A stretch of DNA of 64,000 bases from Candidatus Bathyarchaeia archaeon (GTDB lineage: Archaea; Thermoproteota; Bathyarchaeia; Bathyarchaeales; Bathycorpusculaceae), in the NCBI GenBank assembly GCA_049512935.1, contig JBEKWR010000009.1, forward strand, positions 28,036-92,035. The letters run 5' to 3'. This document shows positions 48,327 through 57,289 of the stretch, in pieces (positions within the stretch are counted from its first letter, which is position 1; the number at the start of each line of letters is the position of its first letter). The notes beneath the pieces are model-generated. The model saw only the letters and a program-made list of their open reading frames with translations, made no database searches and was not told the origin of the DNA. The position numbers and the translations under genes were made by a program.

Positions 48327-48842
48327 CTAACTTTTTGCAAAGCTGTAAGTGTATTTACCCTTCTTTTGAAGCTTGAACAGCCCTGAACCCGTTATTTTGG
48401 AGATTATGTCGTTCTCCTCCAAGTGATGGTCGCTGAACGATAACTGACCGTTTGGCTTCAGCACTCGATGAAGTTCATTTAACACAGCGTCTTGGTCGGA
48501 TAAATCGTGGAAGACATCGTAAAGCAGAACAGCATCCAATTCTTCGTTTTGAAGCCCTGTGGCGCAGTCCGAAAGAATAGCTTCGACGTTCTTCAGCCCG
48601 TTTTTAGCAACAACTTTCTTGACCATCTCAATTGCAATTGGCAAAGCGTCCAATGCGTACAGTTTACCCGTTGACCCTATGGCTTGCGAGACAGCAGGCA
48701 CATAACCGCCTGGTCCACAGCCGTAATCCAGCACTTTAAACCCAGTTTTAAATCCCACTTCGTTCACGATTTCTTGGCGAGGATGACGGTAATCCCTTAT
48801 TCTGAATTCCAACGCCATTAGTCTAAACCAAATATTTGACAT
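48327..48842 (-). CDS. Class I SAM-dependent methyltransferase
   Basis: VLDYGCGPG, LHRVLKPNG. Confidence 0.9.
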   Translation of the reverse strand: MSNIWFRLMALEFRIRDYRHPRQEIVNEVGFKTGFKVLDYGCGPGGYVPAVSQAIGSTGKLYALDALPIAIEMVKKVVAKNGLKNVEAILSDCATGLQNEELDAVLLYDVFHDLSDQDAVLNELHRVLKPNGQLSFSDHHLEENDIISKITGSGLFKLQKKGKYTYSFAKS

Positions 48843-48882
48843 TTTTCAAATCTACTCCAATGCGCTTTGAAAACATGGTGTC

Positions 48883-48920
48883 TGGTCACTTAATTTGTGG
48901 CTTCTGCACAAAAGTGACCA
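48883..48920. promoter_or_regulatory. TGGTCACT-N22-AGTGACCA element, copy 2
   Basis: Paralog of 48115-48152; lies between the wHTH gene and the methyltransferase. Confidence 0.65.
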
Positions 48921-48922
48921 AG

Positions 48923-49369
48923 TTACTGGGCAGTCTTGTTTGCCAAATCGTAAACCGGAGTTTTACCTTCAACCTTAATGAGGATGCCTTGCTGATGCAA
49001 CTTTTGTACTCTTTGCCTAACTATGCGCCTGCTCGCTTTCCCTCGCATGGCAGAGACTTGGCGGGTTATAGCTGAAATGTTTAACGCGCCTTTCACGGCT
49101 AACGCCTGTATGACGCAGCGTGAAATCTCATCTTGGGCGACGGTCTTTTGTTGCAGAAAGGCTTGAGCATCTTTAAGTCGGGCAGCAATTTTTAGGGGTT
49201 CACCATACATCCCAATGCCTACGCGGGTCAACCTCAGGGCAGCAGTTAAGCCTTCATACTCGGGCTTCTCAGTCATCAATTCTTCAAGTAGGCTCAGGCG
49301 ATTTAGTATCTGATCTAGTTTCTTGCTCAGCTCTTCTAGGCTGTTCTCCGAGTCTTTGCTGTTGCTCAT
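48923..49369 (-). CDS. Coiled-coil + winged-helix regulator
   Basis: N-terminal heptads; NISAITRQV..GKASRRIVRQRV HTH. Confidence 0.75.
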   Translation of the reverse strand: MSNSKDSENSLEELSKKLDQILNRLSLLEELMTEKPEYEGLTAALRLTRVGIGMYGEPLKIAARLKDAQAFLQQKTVAQDEISRCVIQALAVKGALNISAITRQVSAMRGKASRRIVRQRVQKLHQQGILIKVEGKTPVYDLANKTAQ

Positions 49370-49471
49370 GTGCTTCTGGTCTACTAAGCGGAGATTTGGT
49401 AGACTTAAGTATTTAAGTTATCATCTGAACTCCCAAAGCAAAAACACGTGATGGAGACGGGGCACAAAAAG

Positions 49472-49729
49472 CTAAACTTGCTCGACCAACGACATGACAT
49501 TGACGGTTGAGCCTATCCACCGTAAATAAGCGTTCAAAGTTGAACGCAAAGCAACCGTGTCCTCTGCATCAACCGCCAAGACGAGAAATAGACCGTCTCT
49601 TTCCAGTTTTACCGCGGCGCGCCTCGTGATGGAAGCTTCGGCTTCGGGATTGAGAGCGGCAAGGAGCGTGCTCAATTGTTTTTCGGATTGGAGTTTTAAT
49701 CGTATACAGGCTTTTGCTTTAGTTGCCAT
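49472..49729 (-). CDS. pcc1: KEOPS complex subunit Pcc1
   Basis: ALNPE, AEDTVALRSTLNAYLRW. Confidence 0.85.
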   Translation of the reverse strand: MATKAKACIRLKLQSEKQLSTLLAALNPEAEASITRRAAVKLERDGLFLVLAVDAEDTVALRSTLNAYLRWIGSTVNVMSLVEQV

Positions 49730-49952
49730 GACGTTGATAAAAGAGAGACTCAAAGTAATAAACAAACTCCAGGGGATGCCATTGTTGAAGAAAACCAGCT
49801 TTGACGTTTCATAATGTTTAGTTTAACCGTGCTTCCTGTCGCCGTAGTATTTTACGAGGCTGAGCGCGCTACTCTTTAGGGAACGGAAATCTGAAAACCT
49901 TATAGCTAAAAAGAACAGTTATTGTGAGTAAACTTGATCGGGTGAGAATTAA

Positions 49953-50639
49953 TTGGCAATTAGCGGCTTTAAGGTTGCAGCTGTGATCGGCATAATAGTC
50001 ACAGTTGCCGCTTTGCTTCTTTCTTGCCCAAGCACTCAGGCGCAAGTCGGCACTGCATTTGAGCCCACCACAGCGTTTAGTGTTCCAGCCTACAATGGAA
50101 CCGTCAACTTTGCGGTTAACGGAACTTACTCCAACGCTGCCTTTCAGAATAACGTGTGGACTTTCACAAATTTGCGGCTTAAAGGTTCCCAGCTTTTGGC
50201 AAACTTCAGCATCTCCGCCCGAAACTGCAATGTCACAGTTTTCTCTTATCAGATGCTTGATCCAATTAATCGTATCTCGTTCTTGCAATATGGTGTTACG
50301 GGGGAAGGCACGCAGATTTTGAACTTTGGTTTTGGCCGTGAAAGCAGCGGAGCGCTAATCAATGCGGAGTGGAGTGTTGTTCTTCACAATCATGTTTTTG
50401 CCAACGAAGGTCAAGGCTGGACTATTGCACATGATGGAACTCTAAGCGTTAGTGGAGCCAACGGCAACGTGACGATAATACACACTGGTAGCGTGTCAGG
50501 TTTTGGGCAAAATTCGAATTTGCCGTTTTATGAGCAGCATTCTGTAGCGATCGTTGTTGTGGTGGCTGTTGTGGCAATCGTAGGGGTCGGCGTCGTAGTT
50601 AACGTGAACATAAAGAGGCGTAAAGATGACGTGGTCTAA
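49953..50639 (+). CDS. Exported beta-rich protein with C-terminal TM anchor
   Basis: Signal peptide; N/T-rich core; TM helix followed by KRRK. Confidence 0.7.
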   Translation: MAISGFKVAAVIGIIVTVAALLLSCPSTQAQVGTAFEPTTAFSVPAYNGTVNFAVNGTYSNAAFQNNVWTFTNLRLKGSQLLANFSISARNCNVTVFSYQMLDPINRISFLQYGVTGEGTQILNFGFGRESSGALINAEWSVVLHNHVFANEGQGWTIAHDGTLSVSGANGNVTIIHTGSVSGFGQNSNLPFYEQHSVAIVVVVAVVAIVGVGVVVNVNIKRRKDDVV

Positions 50640-51843
50640 CCCAACGGACATAGTGCTGCCCATATTCTTTGGGTTGGTGCTGCTTGGAATCTACCTCATC
50701 TTTCGGCTGGCGAAGGACAGAACCAACAAGGTCAGCCGCCTCAGGCTTTTCATTCAGGTAGCCGCCGTCGTCGCGGTGTTCATGGGTCTGATACTTGGCC
50801 CCTTCAACATTCCGCTTTCCATGCCGCTTGGGTCTTCGCCGCGCAGCGCGTTGGTCGGCGGCAATTTGCTGGGCAATCAGTTTCCAGACGGGTTATCGGT
50901 GCCTGTTTTGGCATGTTATTATCCTAACGGGCGAACGGTTACTTGCCCGATTTGGCAGCTTCAAGCCTACATTTTTCCTTTCTGGAATTACCCGAGGGGC
51001 TATGACGTTTTCTATTCGACTTCGGGTTTGGAGAAGATCGGTATCGTCATCGGGTTGGTGGCGGTGGCTGCTATTATTTTGGGTAGGCTTTTCTGCGGTT
51101 GGCTCTGTCCGTTCGGTCTTTATCAGGATGTGCTGACGCGAATTCGTAAGGCTGCGAGGCGGCGTCATCTGAGTTTCTCTGACAAGAACAACAAGGCGCT
51201 TGGGCAGTCACGTTACATCATCATCGCGGTTTTCTTGATTCTCAGCGTCATCTTTGCCTCGTACGCCATTTTCGGTCATCAACTTGTGCCGGGAACCACT
51301 CCGGGTGGTCCTGAAGGGACAGAAGCGAACAATGTGGCTTGGCTTAACGAGCCGTTCTGCCAGGTTTGCCCGATGCGTCCCCTGTGCGTTTTTATCGAAT
51401 GTGCGGTGGGCTCAATGAACTGGTCCTACGTGTCAAAGATAGCTTATGGACCGTTTTGGGTGCTGGGCAGCTACGTCACGTCGCTGAACCTGGCAATCCT
51501 CATCGGGATCACCATTTTGGCGTTGGCTTACAGGCGCTTTTGGTGCCGAATCTGCCCGTTGGGCGCGTTGACGGCGCTGTTCAGCACTTTTACGCCTTTC
51601 AAGCAGATAGCGTTGACCAAGCTGGAGAAAGACGAGCAGAAATGCACCAAATGCGGGGTTTGCAAGCGCGTATGCCCCACTCAGGCGACGGATATGTACG
51701 AGAAGAAGGGCGGCGACGTTACGGAGTCCAGATGCATCCTGTGCGCGAGGTGCGTTGAAATCTGCCCCTACGAGGACGCCTTGTCCCTTCGGCTGGCGGG
51801 TAAGACTGTGATGAAATCGAGGAATTGGCTGGAAGAAAAATAG
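50626..51843 (+). CDS. NapH/MauN-like membrane 4Fe-4S protein
   Basis: FCGWLCPFG, WCRICPLG, two CxxCxxCxxxCP motifs. Confidence 0.88.
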   Translation: MTWSNPTDIVLPIFFGLVLLGIYLIFRLAKDRTNKVSRLRLFIQVAAVVAVFMGLILGPFNIPLSMPLGSSPRSALVGGNLLGNQFPDGLSVPVLACYYPNGRTVTCPIWQLQAYIFPFWNYPRGYDVFYSTSGLEKIGIVIGLVAVAAIILGRLFCGWLCPFGLYQDVLTRIRKAARRRHLSFSDKNNKALGQSRYIIIAVFLILSVIFASYAIFGHQLVPGTTPGGPEGTEANNVAWLNEPFCQVCPMRPLCVFIECAVGSMNWSYVSKIAYGPFWVLGSYVTSLNLAILIGITILALAYRRFWCRICPLGALTALFSTFTPFKQIALTKLEKDEQKCTKCGVCKRVCPTQATDMYEKKGGDVTESRCILCARCVEICPYEDALSLRLAGKTVMKSRNWLEEK

Positions 51844-51876
51844 ACGGCGAATTGGGATAGGAAGTTGGGTTGAAGC

Positions 51877-52078
51877 GCTTTTTGTGGTGGTTTTTTGTCA
51901 CTAATAGTGGAGACCCCTATAGGGTCGGGAAATGTTCAACATGCGCCATATTTGTGACGGAATTTCATCACAAATACTAGACCCCCTCCCCGTCTTCGTG
52001 AACCCATATTTACTTCGGTTTTTTGATGTAAATACTAGACCCCCTCTCAGGGTAGGCGGGTTCCAATCAGGGCTTGTT
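51877..52078. repeat. Dispersed ~200-bp repeat, copy B (inverted relative to copy A)
   Basis: Two tandem TATTT..AAATA hairpin + CTAGACCCC units, matching copy A. Confidence 0.9.
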
Positions 52079-52270
52079 CCTAGCTGGTTTTTTGATTTGG
52101 GGCTTAAAACGCAATTGTGCAGGAGGCGAACTTGCTAGCAGAACACGGAAAACCTCGAAAGTGGTATTTGGGATATCTAGATACGCCAAATAGGCGGCAA
52201 GGCACGTTAACAACTCGTGCGCTTAAGGTTTCGGTTTTGGCAAAAACGGCAGATGTCTCAGCTGCGGATG

Positions 52271-52963
52271 TTACCTCAGTGCGTTCACCAACGCAACCAG
52301 CCCAAGCAGAATCAGCACCGAGGCGCCGCCGATTGAAATCCACTTCCGCAGCAACGGTGCCTTGGCAAGAAGCCAACCTGTGACGCCGCCAAGCAGAAGC
52401 ATCGGGGACAGGGCTGTTCCTAAACCGAACAAGACGGCTAACATGACGCTGCCGAGCGGCGTTGAGAAAGGCAGGGAGTAAACCAGAAGCGCAACCAGCG
52501 GCGGACACAGGATCAGCCCCCTGCTTAACCCCAGCGTGAAAGCCTTGTAGTCGAACCCGAACCTGCCCATTTTGGTTGGCGCCACCAAGTTTTGGGTGTT
52601 CGGTGGGTTGCATTCGCAGGGGGCTCTTGACTTCAGGATGATGCTTGCGCCGATTACCATGGTTAAGACACCGAAGGCGAGGGCGGAGTAGGTCTGGAAG
52701 GGGGAAGTTACGGAGTTGGAAACGGCGAGCCTGAATAGACCGCTGAACAACCCGACTAAGCATCCGATTAAAGCGTAGGCCACTATTCGTCCACTGTTAA
52801 AAATCATAGTTATCCCCAAGCTTCTGCGGAAACCCGCGTTGATGCCTGCAATGTAGCTTGCTATGTATGGTAGGCACGATGCGGTGCATACGGCTAACCC
52901 GTAGAGTAATCCGCCCGCGAACGCCGCCAGAAACGGATTAGAGGATTGAGGTATCAACGACAT
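52271..52963 (-). CDS. DsbD_2/TauE-like membrane protein
   Basis: CTASCLP, FNSGRIVAY, GLILCPP, FGLGT. Confidence 0.8.
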   Translation of the reverse strand: MSLIPQSSNPFLAAFAGGLLYGLAVCTASCLPYIASYIAGINAGFRRSLGITMIFNSGRIVAYALIGCLVGLFSGLFRLAVSNSVTSPFQTYSALAFGVLTMVIGASIILKSRAPCECNPPNTQNLVAPTKMGRFGFDYKAFTLGLSRGLILCPPLVALLVYSLPFSTPLGSVMLAVLFGLGTALSPMLLLGGVTGWLLAKAPLLRKWISIGGASVLILLGLVALVNALR

Positions 52964-53128
52964 GAGGGATTCTCTTGGGCTTTGATGAAGCAATTAGTGG
53001 GGAGAAGCATTTTTAAAGTTTGCATTAATCCGCTGCCGCAGCTGAAACTTTAGTGGCGTGCAGTGTCGTTGGAGTAGGAAACAGGGCTTTTTCACGCAAA
53101 AGTGCTTTTTCCGCAATTTTAGAAAAAA

Positions 53129-53166
53129 TTGCGTTGTTCATGTCAAATTGCGTAGTTCATGTCAAA
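53129..53166. repeat. 19-bp tandem direct repeat x2
   Basis: TTGCGTTGTTCATGTCAAA / TTGCGTAGTTCATGTCAAA. Confidence 0.85.
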
Positions 53167-53310
53167 AATAGTTAGCTCCGCTCCTTCAGCTCCCTGAAGA
53201 GTTTCAGGTGAACTCAGCTAATTAGATAGAAAAGAAGGCTTTTACCCACCTAAAGAGGGAGTTTATTGCCTTAAGACTGTTTAAAACATGATTTATAGAA
53301 CGTAGCCCTA

Positions 53311-53558
53311 TTAGAGATGGCAGGTCGGGGAGCACGCTTTAAACGCAAACCGCATTGAAGCAAGGAGCAAGCCAACCAAAACAGCGGAAAGTTGGTGAGC
53401 GACAAAGACTTTGCAGCAATGGGCTGGACGGAGCTATGTTACAGTGAGGCCGTGAGCGACGTGGTCAAAACGGTGAAAGACCATGAAACGACAAAGACAG
53501 GGCTTCAGTGGGCCGCGGAACATCTTTAAGGCTTAGACCCGACCTGCTTATCTTTTAA
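53311..53558 (+). ncRNA. Candidate BHB-processed ncRNA (predicted excised/circular 201-nt RNA, 53336-53536)
   Basis: TTTATA box at 53292; outer stem GGCAGGTCGGG/CCCGACCTGCT; BHB GAGC-ACG / GCTT-AGA; T-rich tail. Confidence 0.65.
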
Positions 53559-53627
53559 TTAAGTAACAAGTTTTGAAGAGCCCGTGTAAGGCAGGATAGT
53601 TAGTTACTCGCCCTTTTTTGGTAGCAG

Positions 53628-53837
53628 TCATATTCTATTGAAGTATTCTAGAGGCGCATACCAGAAAACCATGATTGATTTTCTACATTCAGGGTTTTTG
53701 CATTTAACCCTTCTTTTGAAAACTTCCCCGTGGTAACTGTTCCTTATCGGTTTTTCTGATGAGAACGCCGTGTGAAGTCTGTCAGGCGGTTCAACTTTAA
53801 AGGGTCTGTAACAGAATGGGCATTCGAGAACGGCCAT
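53628..53837 (-). CDS. Small zinc-finger protein
   Basis: CPFC ... CKNPEC; GAGG upstream of the ATG. Confidence 0.75.
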   Translation of the reverse strand: MAVLECPFCYRPFKVEPPDRLHTAFSSEKPIRNSYHGEVFKRRVKCKNPECRKSIMVFWYAPLEYFNRI

Positions 53838-53915
53838 AACACACACCCTCAAACTAATGAATACGCTGACCAAAGGTAAAAACTTGGCGATTCCCAAAAT
53901 CAGGACGAGTTGTTC

Positions 53916-54593
53916 TCAAGTGGTTGAACACGTCTGTGGATTTATCGCTTTATACACCTCAGAAGCGATAAGCGCTGCTCCTTGACTGTTAGGATGCACG
54001 CCATCCACGAAATAATCTGCATGATTCCCAAACGCCGTGTACACATCAATTATTGGCAAACCCATGTTGTTCGCTAAGTCCTCGATTTTTGGAATTATGA
54101 CCTCGTTGAAGTATGGGATGCTCAGGTCCGAACTGTTGCTGAAAATCGGCGGCGGCTTCACAATGTAGATTCGCGGCGTGCTTACAAGCTGCTGGAATGA
54201 GGCGATGAGTTTAGCGTAGTCTTCTTCGAAGCTTGCGTTGTACGCGCGAAGCATCTGAAGGTCATCGTTTGTTCCAAGCATGATGACGACGATGTTGGGT
54301 TGGAAATTCAAGGCTTTTTGAAATGCTGACTGGTTCATGTATGGTTCCCAAGAATTAAGCAGCACCGTTGATCCGCTGACGCCGAAGTTGCCTACTGAGT
54401 AGTTGTCGCCTAGAAGTGTTTGAAGGTCAGACGGGTACCCCGTAATCTCGGTGATGCTGTCTCCAACGCATGCCACCCGAATGGGGTCAGATGCCTCTTT
54501 GGTTTGCAAGCTTAAAGGATGAAATCTGCCGATTACAGTTGCCAAGATCATTATTGCAATCACTATTGCTATCAACTGCATTTTCTTCTTCAT
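53916..54593 (-). CDS. SGNH/GDSL esterase, exported
   Basis: GDSIT, GVSG, GTND, DGVHP. Confidence 0.9.
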   Translation of the reverse strand: MKKKMQLIAIVIAIMILATVIGRFHPLSLQTKEASDPIRVACVGDSITEITGYPSDLQTLLGDNYSVGNFGVSGSTVLLNSWEPYMNQSAFQKALNFQPNIVVIMLGTNDDLQMLRAYNASFEEDYAKLIASFQQLVSTPRIYIVKPPPIFSNSSDLSIPYFNEVIIPKIEDLANNMGLPIIDVYTAFGNHADYFVDGVHPNSQGAALIASEVYKAINPQTCSTT

Positions 54594-54767
54594 TTGCCGC
54601 TTTTCGACCGAAACTTGTTTTTCGCGTCAAGTACATTGAAATCCATCTCAGTGCTGCTTGCCCAATGTATTTTCAACGCAATGAACCCAGAACAATGGTC
54701 ATGAACCCTATAAGTCTTGCTTGTGAAGCAACTGAACTTGTTTTAAGAAAAAAATTAAATCCTTGCT

Positions 54768-56168
54768 TTGTTGCTTAAATGTTACGCATTGTTTGCGGGA
54801 AGAGTGAATCAGGTACTGAATCGCAGGGGTCTTGGCAAGGTAGGCTTTAAAGCGTGGTTAAGCAGCCATTTTGCGTTGCTTAGCATACTTTTTGGTTCTG
54901 CACTGTTCTCTTTTACAGCGGGTCCATTTCAAAATTGGGATACTGGTCTGGAGTTTCAAGCCGCTTCGGCAGTCATGAAGTATGGCGTACCCTTCAACGC
55001 AAACGCGGGCACCATGTTTAATCAGCCGCCGATGGGCTTCTACATTGACTCACTGGCTTTCCGAATTTTCGGGCTATCAATTAACACTGGAGTAGCCGTT
55101 GTAACTTGCTTTGGTTTAGGCTGCACAGTGCTAGTCTACTTGATTGGCAAAGCGTGGTACGGGAAACTAACGGGGTTGGTGGCTTCAGCAATTTTTGCGG
55201 TGACGCCTTGGCAAGTGATCCTTTCGAGAAGTTTCCTGATTGATGCACAATGCCTGTTCTTCAGCCTGCTGTTTCTGCTCATCGGCTATTACGCCATCCG
55301 CAAAAATTCATTATGGCTCTTCACGCTGTCAGGCGTCTTCTTCGGGGTAGCCCTCATGACAAAGCTTTTCGCGATTCTCATGCTTTTTCCATTAGCCATT
55401 CTCTATTTTCACTACAAACCGAAAAAACTGTGGAACCCACTGCCTGTTTTGTACTTTTCCCTGCCAGTGATAGTTCTTTTGCAGATTTGGTACCATGACG
55501 TCTTACGTTGTAACATACTGACGATTTTTTGGCAGGACGACTTTAAAAATTACAACAGCCCCGCGTCAATGCCGTCGGGTTTCTTCACGTTAAACTTCCT
55601 TTTGGGCGCTTTAGGCGCGTTCTTTTTGGCTGCCGTGATTATTTCCCTGCTTGTTTCCTCTTTTCAAACCAAACTGTTCCGAAACGTCCTCACCGCTGAC
55701 TTGACGTGTTTGGCAACTATCATTCTTGTAGTTGGACTCGACACGTTCTTGGGGTGGGGGCTGAACTTTAGTGCACCGTTCACGTCGGCAGTGAAGTATG
55801 ATTATCAGGCTCTGCCTTTCCTTTGTCTGCTTGCAGGTTCAGTCTTGACTAAATGCCAGCGGCTGTTTAAAGCGCTGGAGACCAAGCTAAGCCGAGGCAA
55901 ACTGCTTTTTGGAGCCGCTTGCCTGGGCGTGGCGTGCCTAGCCATAGCCGTTGCCTCAAACTTATCCGACGTTAACCTGTATTCGCGGCTTGACACCGTG
56001 GCGTTCAATGTTCAGGGAACGGTGAGCTACGGCTTTTCCAATTCTTCCAAGCTTGTGGAATCCAACGGTTTGATTTATCTCCAGTACGCGGGATTCGCGC
56101 TTCTCATTTTAGGGTTGATATGGGCTGTTAAAGAAAATCTCATTAAACCCAAATCTGCCGCTGAGTAA
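54768..56168 (+). CDS. GT-C (ArnT/PMT-like) membrane glycosyltransferase
   Basis: NWDT, QPP, SRSFLID, ALMTK, multiple TM helices. Confidence 0.8.
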   Translation: MLLKCYALFAGRVNQVLNRRGLGKVGFKAWLSSHFALLSILFGSALFSFTAGPFQNWDTGLEFQAASAVMKYGVPFNANAGTMFNQPPMGFYIDSLAFRIFGLSINTGVAVVTCFGLGCTVLVYLIGKAWYGKLTGLVASAIFAVTPWQVILSRSFLIDAQCLFFSLLFLLIGYYAIRKNSLWLFTLSGVFFGVALMTKLFAILMLFPLAILYFHYKPKKLWNPLPVLYFSLPVIVLLQIWYHDVLRCNILTIFWQDDFKNYNSPASMPSGFFTLNFLLGALGAFFLAAVIISLLVSSFQTKLFRNVLTADLTCLATIILVVGLDTFLGWGLNFSAPFTSAVKYDYQALPFLCLLAGSVLTKCQRLFKALETKLSRGKLLFGAACLGVACLAIAVASNLSDVNLYSRLDTVAFNVQGTVSYGFSNSSKLVESNGLIYLQYAGFALLILGLIWAVKENLIKPKSAAE

Positions 56169-56298
56169 ATCAGTCCGAGCAGCCTTTTATGCACGTCGGT
56201 GATAGCCGCTAATTTAGTCGGCGGTTGGTTTTGGGCAGACGGGGAAGCGCAGGCTTTTTAAACATGGAAGTACCAACGTAAAAAAGGAGCAATTAACA

Positions 56299-56472
56299 TT
56301 GCCGTCTTTAGATAAAGTGAAGAAGAAAACTGAGGAAGATACAAAGAAAGCTGCTGCGGACGTGAAAAAAGCCGGAGAAAAAGTCGCTGCAGACGCCAAG
56401 AAAGGCGCCAAGGACATTAAGAAAGCCGGAGAAAAAGTCGCTGCAGATACCAAAAAGAAGTTAAAAAAGTAA
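56299..56472 (+). CDS. 57-aa Lys/Ala-rich repeat protein (LEA-like or nucleoid-like; absent from ORF track)
   Basis: AGGAG RBS + TTG; MPSLDKVKKKTEEDTKKAAADVKKAGEKVAADAKKGAKDIKKAGEKVAADTKKKLKK. Confidence 0.75.
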   Translation: MPSLDKVKKKTEEDTKKAAADVKKAGEKVAADAKKGAKDIKKAGEKVAADTKKKLKK

Positions 56473-56600
56473 AAGAAAAAATGTAAAGTTACATTTTTAA
56501 CTCCACTTTTTTCTTTTTGTAATCGATCGGGTTCACGGCAAGGTTTTTTCCCGCGAAAGGATGTCGGCTCGTAAGTCAACTGTTTGCTGAGAAGTTGGTC

Positions 56601-57128
56601 TCAGATGTGACCGTTTATCATCGCTGCCTCCACTGTTGCCGCGATCGCAAGCAAAGCGAGGTAGAGCAGGAAGGACTTCCAGGTTTGGTTTTTGAGGCGT
56701 TCAAAGAAGGTTCCTTGCTTTAAGGCGTAGGTCAAAAAGAGGCTCTCGGCGATTACTACGGAGTAAGCTGAGGTTTCAATTATGCCGACGGGAATGTAAA
56801 TGCCGATCACGTAGGCTAAAGGGGACATGCCATAAGAGTAGGCCAGTTGCCCTATGGTTTGTCCGGTGTTAATCCATACCCTGCCGAAGAGGATGATGCC
56901 AGCTATGGGTACGATGGCTAGAACGCTTACAAGAAGGTTATTGAAAAAAATGCTTTGCGGCGTGATGTTTTCCCGAAGGTTATTTATTTGCTGTTGAGTC
57001 TGATTCGCAACGGTTGGCGTCGTAGTCAAGTAGGCTTGTTCAGCAAGCCCGTAGGTGGCAATTGCCAAAACAAAAAACACCAGCAAAAACACAAGCACGT
57101 AATTCTTGGTTAAGAAAGCGCCAGCCAT
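56601..57128 (-). CDS. SpoIIM-like membrane protein
   Basis: IFFNN, NTG..G, GIIE, AATVE. Confidence 0.75.
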   Translation of the reverse strand: MAGAFLTKNYVLVFLLVFFVLAIATYGLAEQAYLTTTPTVANQTQQQINNLRENITPQSIFFNNLLVSVLAIVPIAGIILFGRVWINTGQTIGQLAYSYGMSPLAYVIGIYIPVGIIETSAYSVVIAESLFLTYALKQGTFFERLKNQTWKSFLLYLALLAIAATVEAAMINGHI

Positions 57129-57289
57129 TTTGTTCGCCTAAAGTCAAGATCACTTTTGGTTCAAATTGGGATGTTCACAGTTCAAGCGCGACATCAACTA
57201 TTTAGTCTTTCCTTTTTCAGATTACGCAAACGAACCCACCGCCAACAATCAATTTTTCCTGCGGAAAGAGAATGCGTCGCTGAAACTTG

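Noticed and set aside
52104-52763. 219-aa alternative-frame ORF and similar overlapping ORFs throughout the track
   Set aside because: They overlap well-supported genes and have no family motifs
53336-53536. Endless rolling-circle ORF in the 201-nt circle (length divisible by 3)
   Set aside because: All three plus-strand frames contain stop codons
53311-53558. RNase P RNA or SRP RNA
   Set aside because: GAGCAAG, GGAAAGT, TGAAAC and GGCTTA fragments occur, but in the wrong order and without P4 complementarity; no SRP helix-8 GGAA motif
56214-56579. 121-aa minus-strand ORF
   Set aside because: Antisense shadow of the Lys/Ala repeat gene on the plus strand
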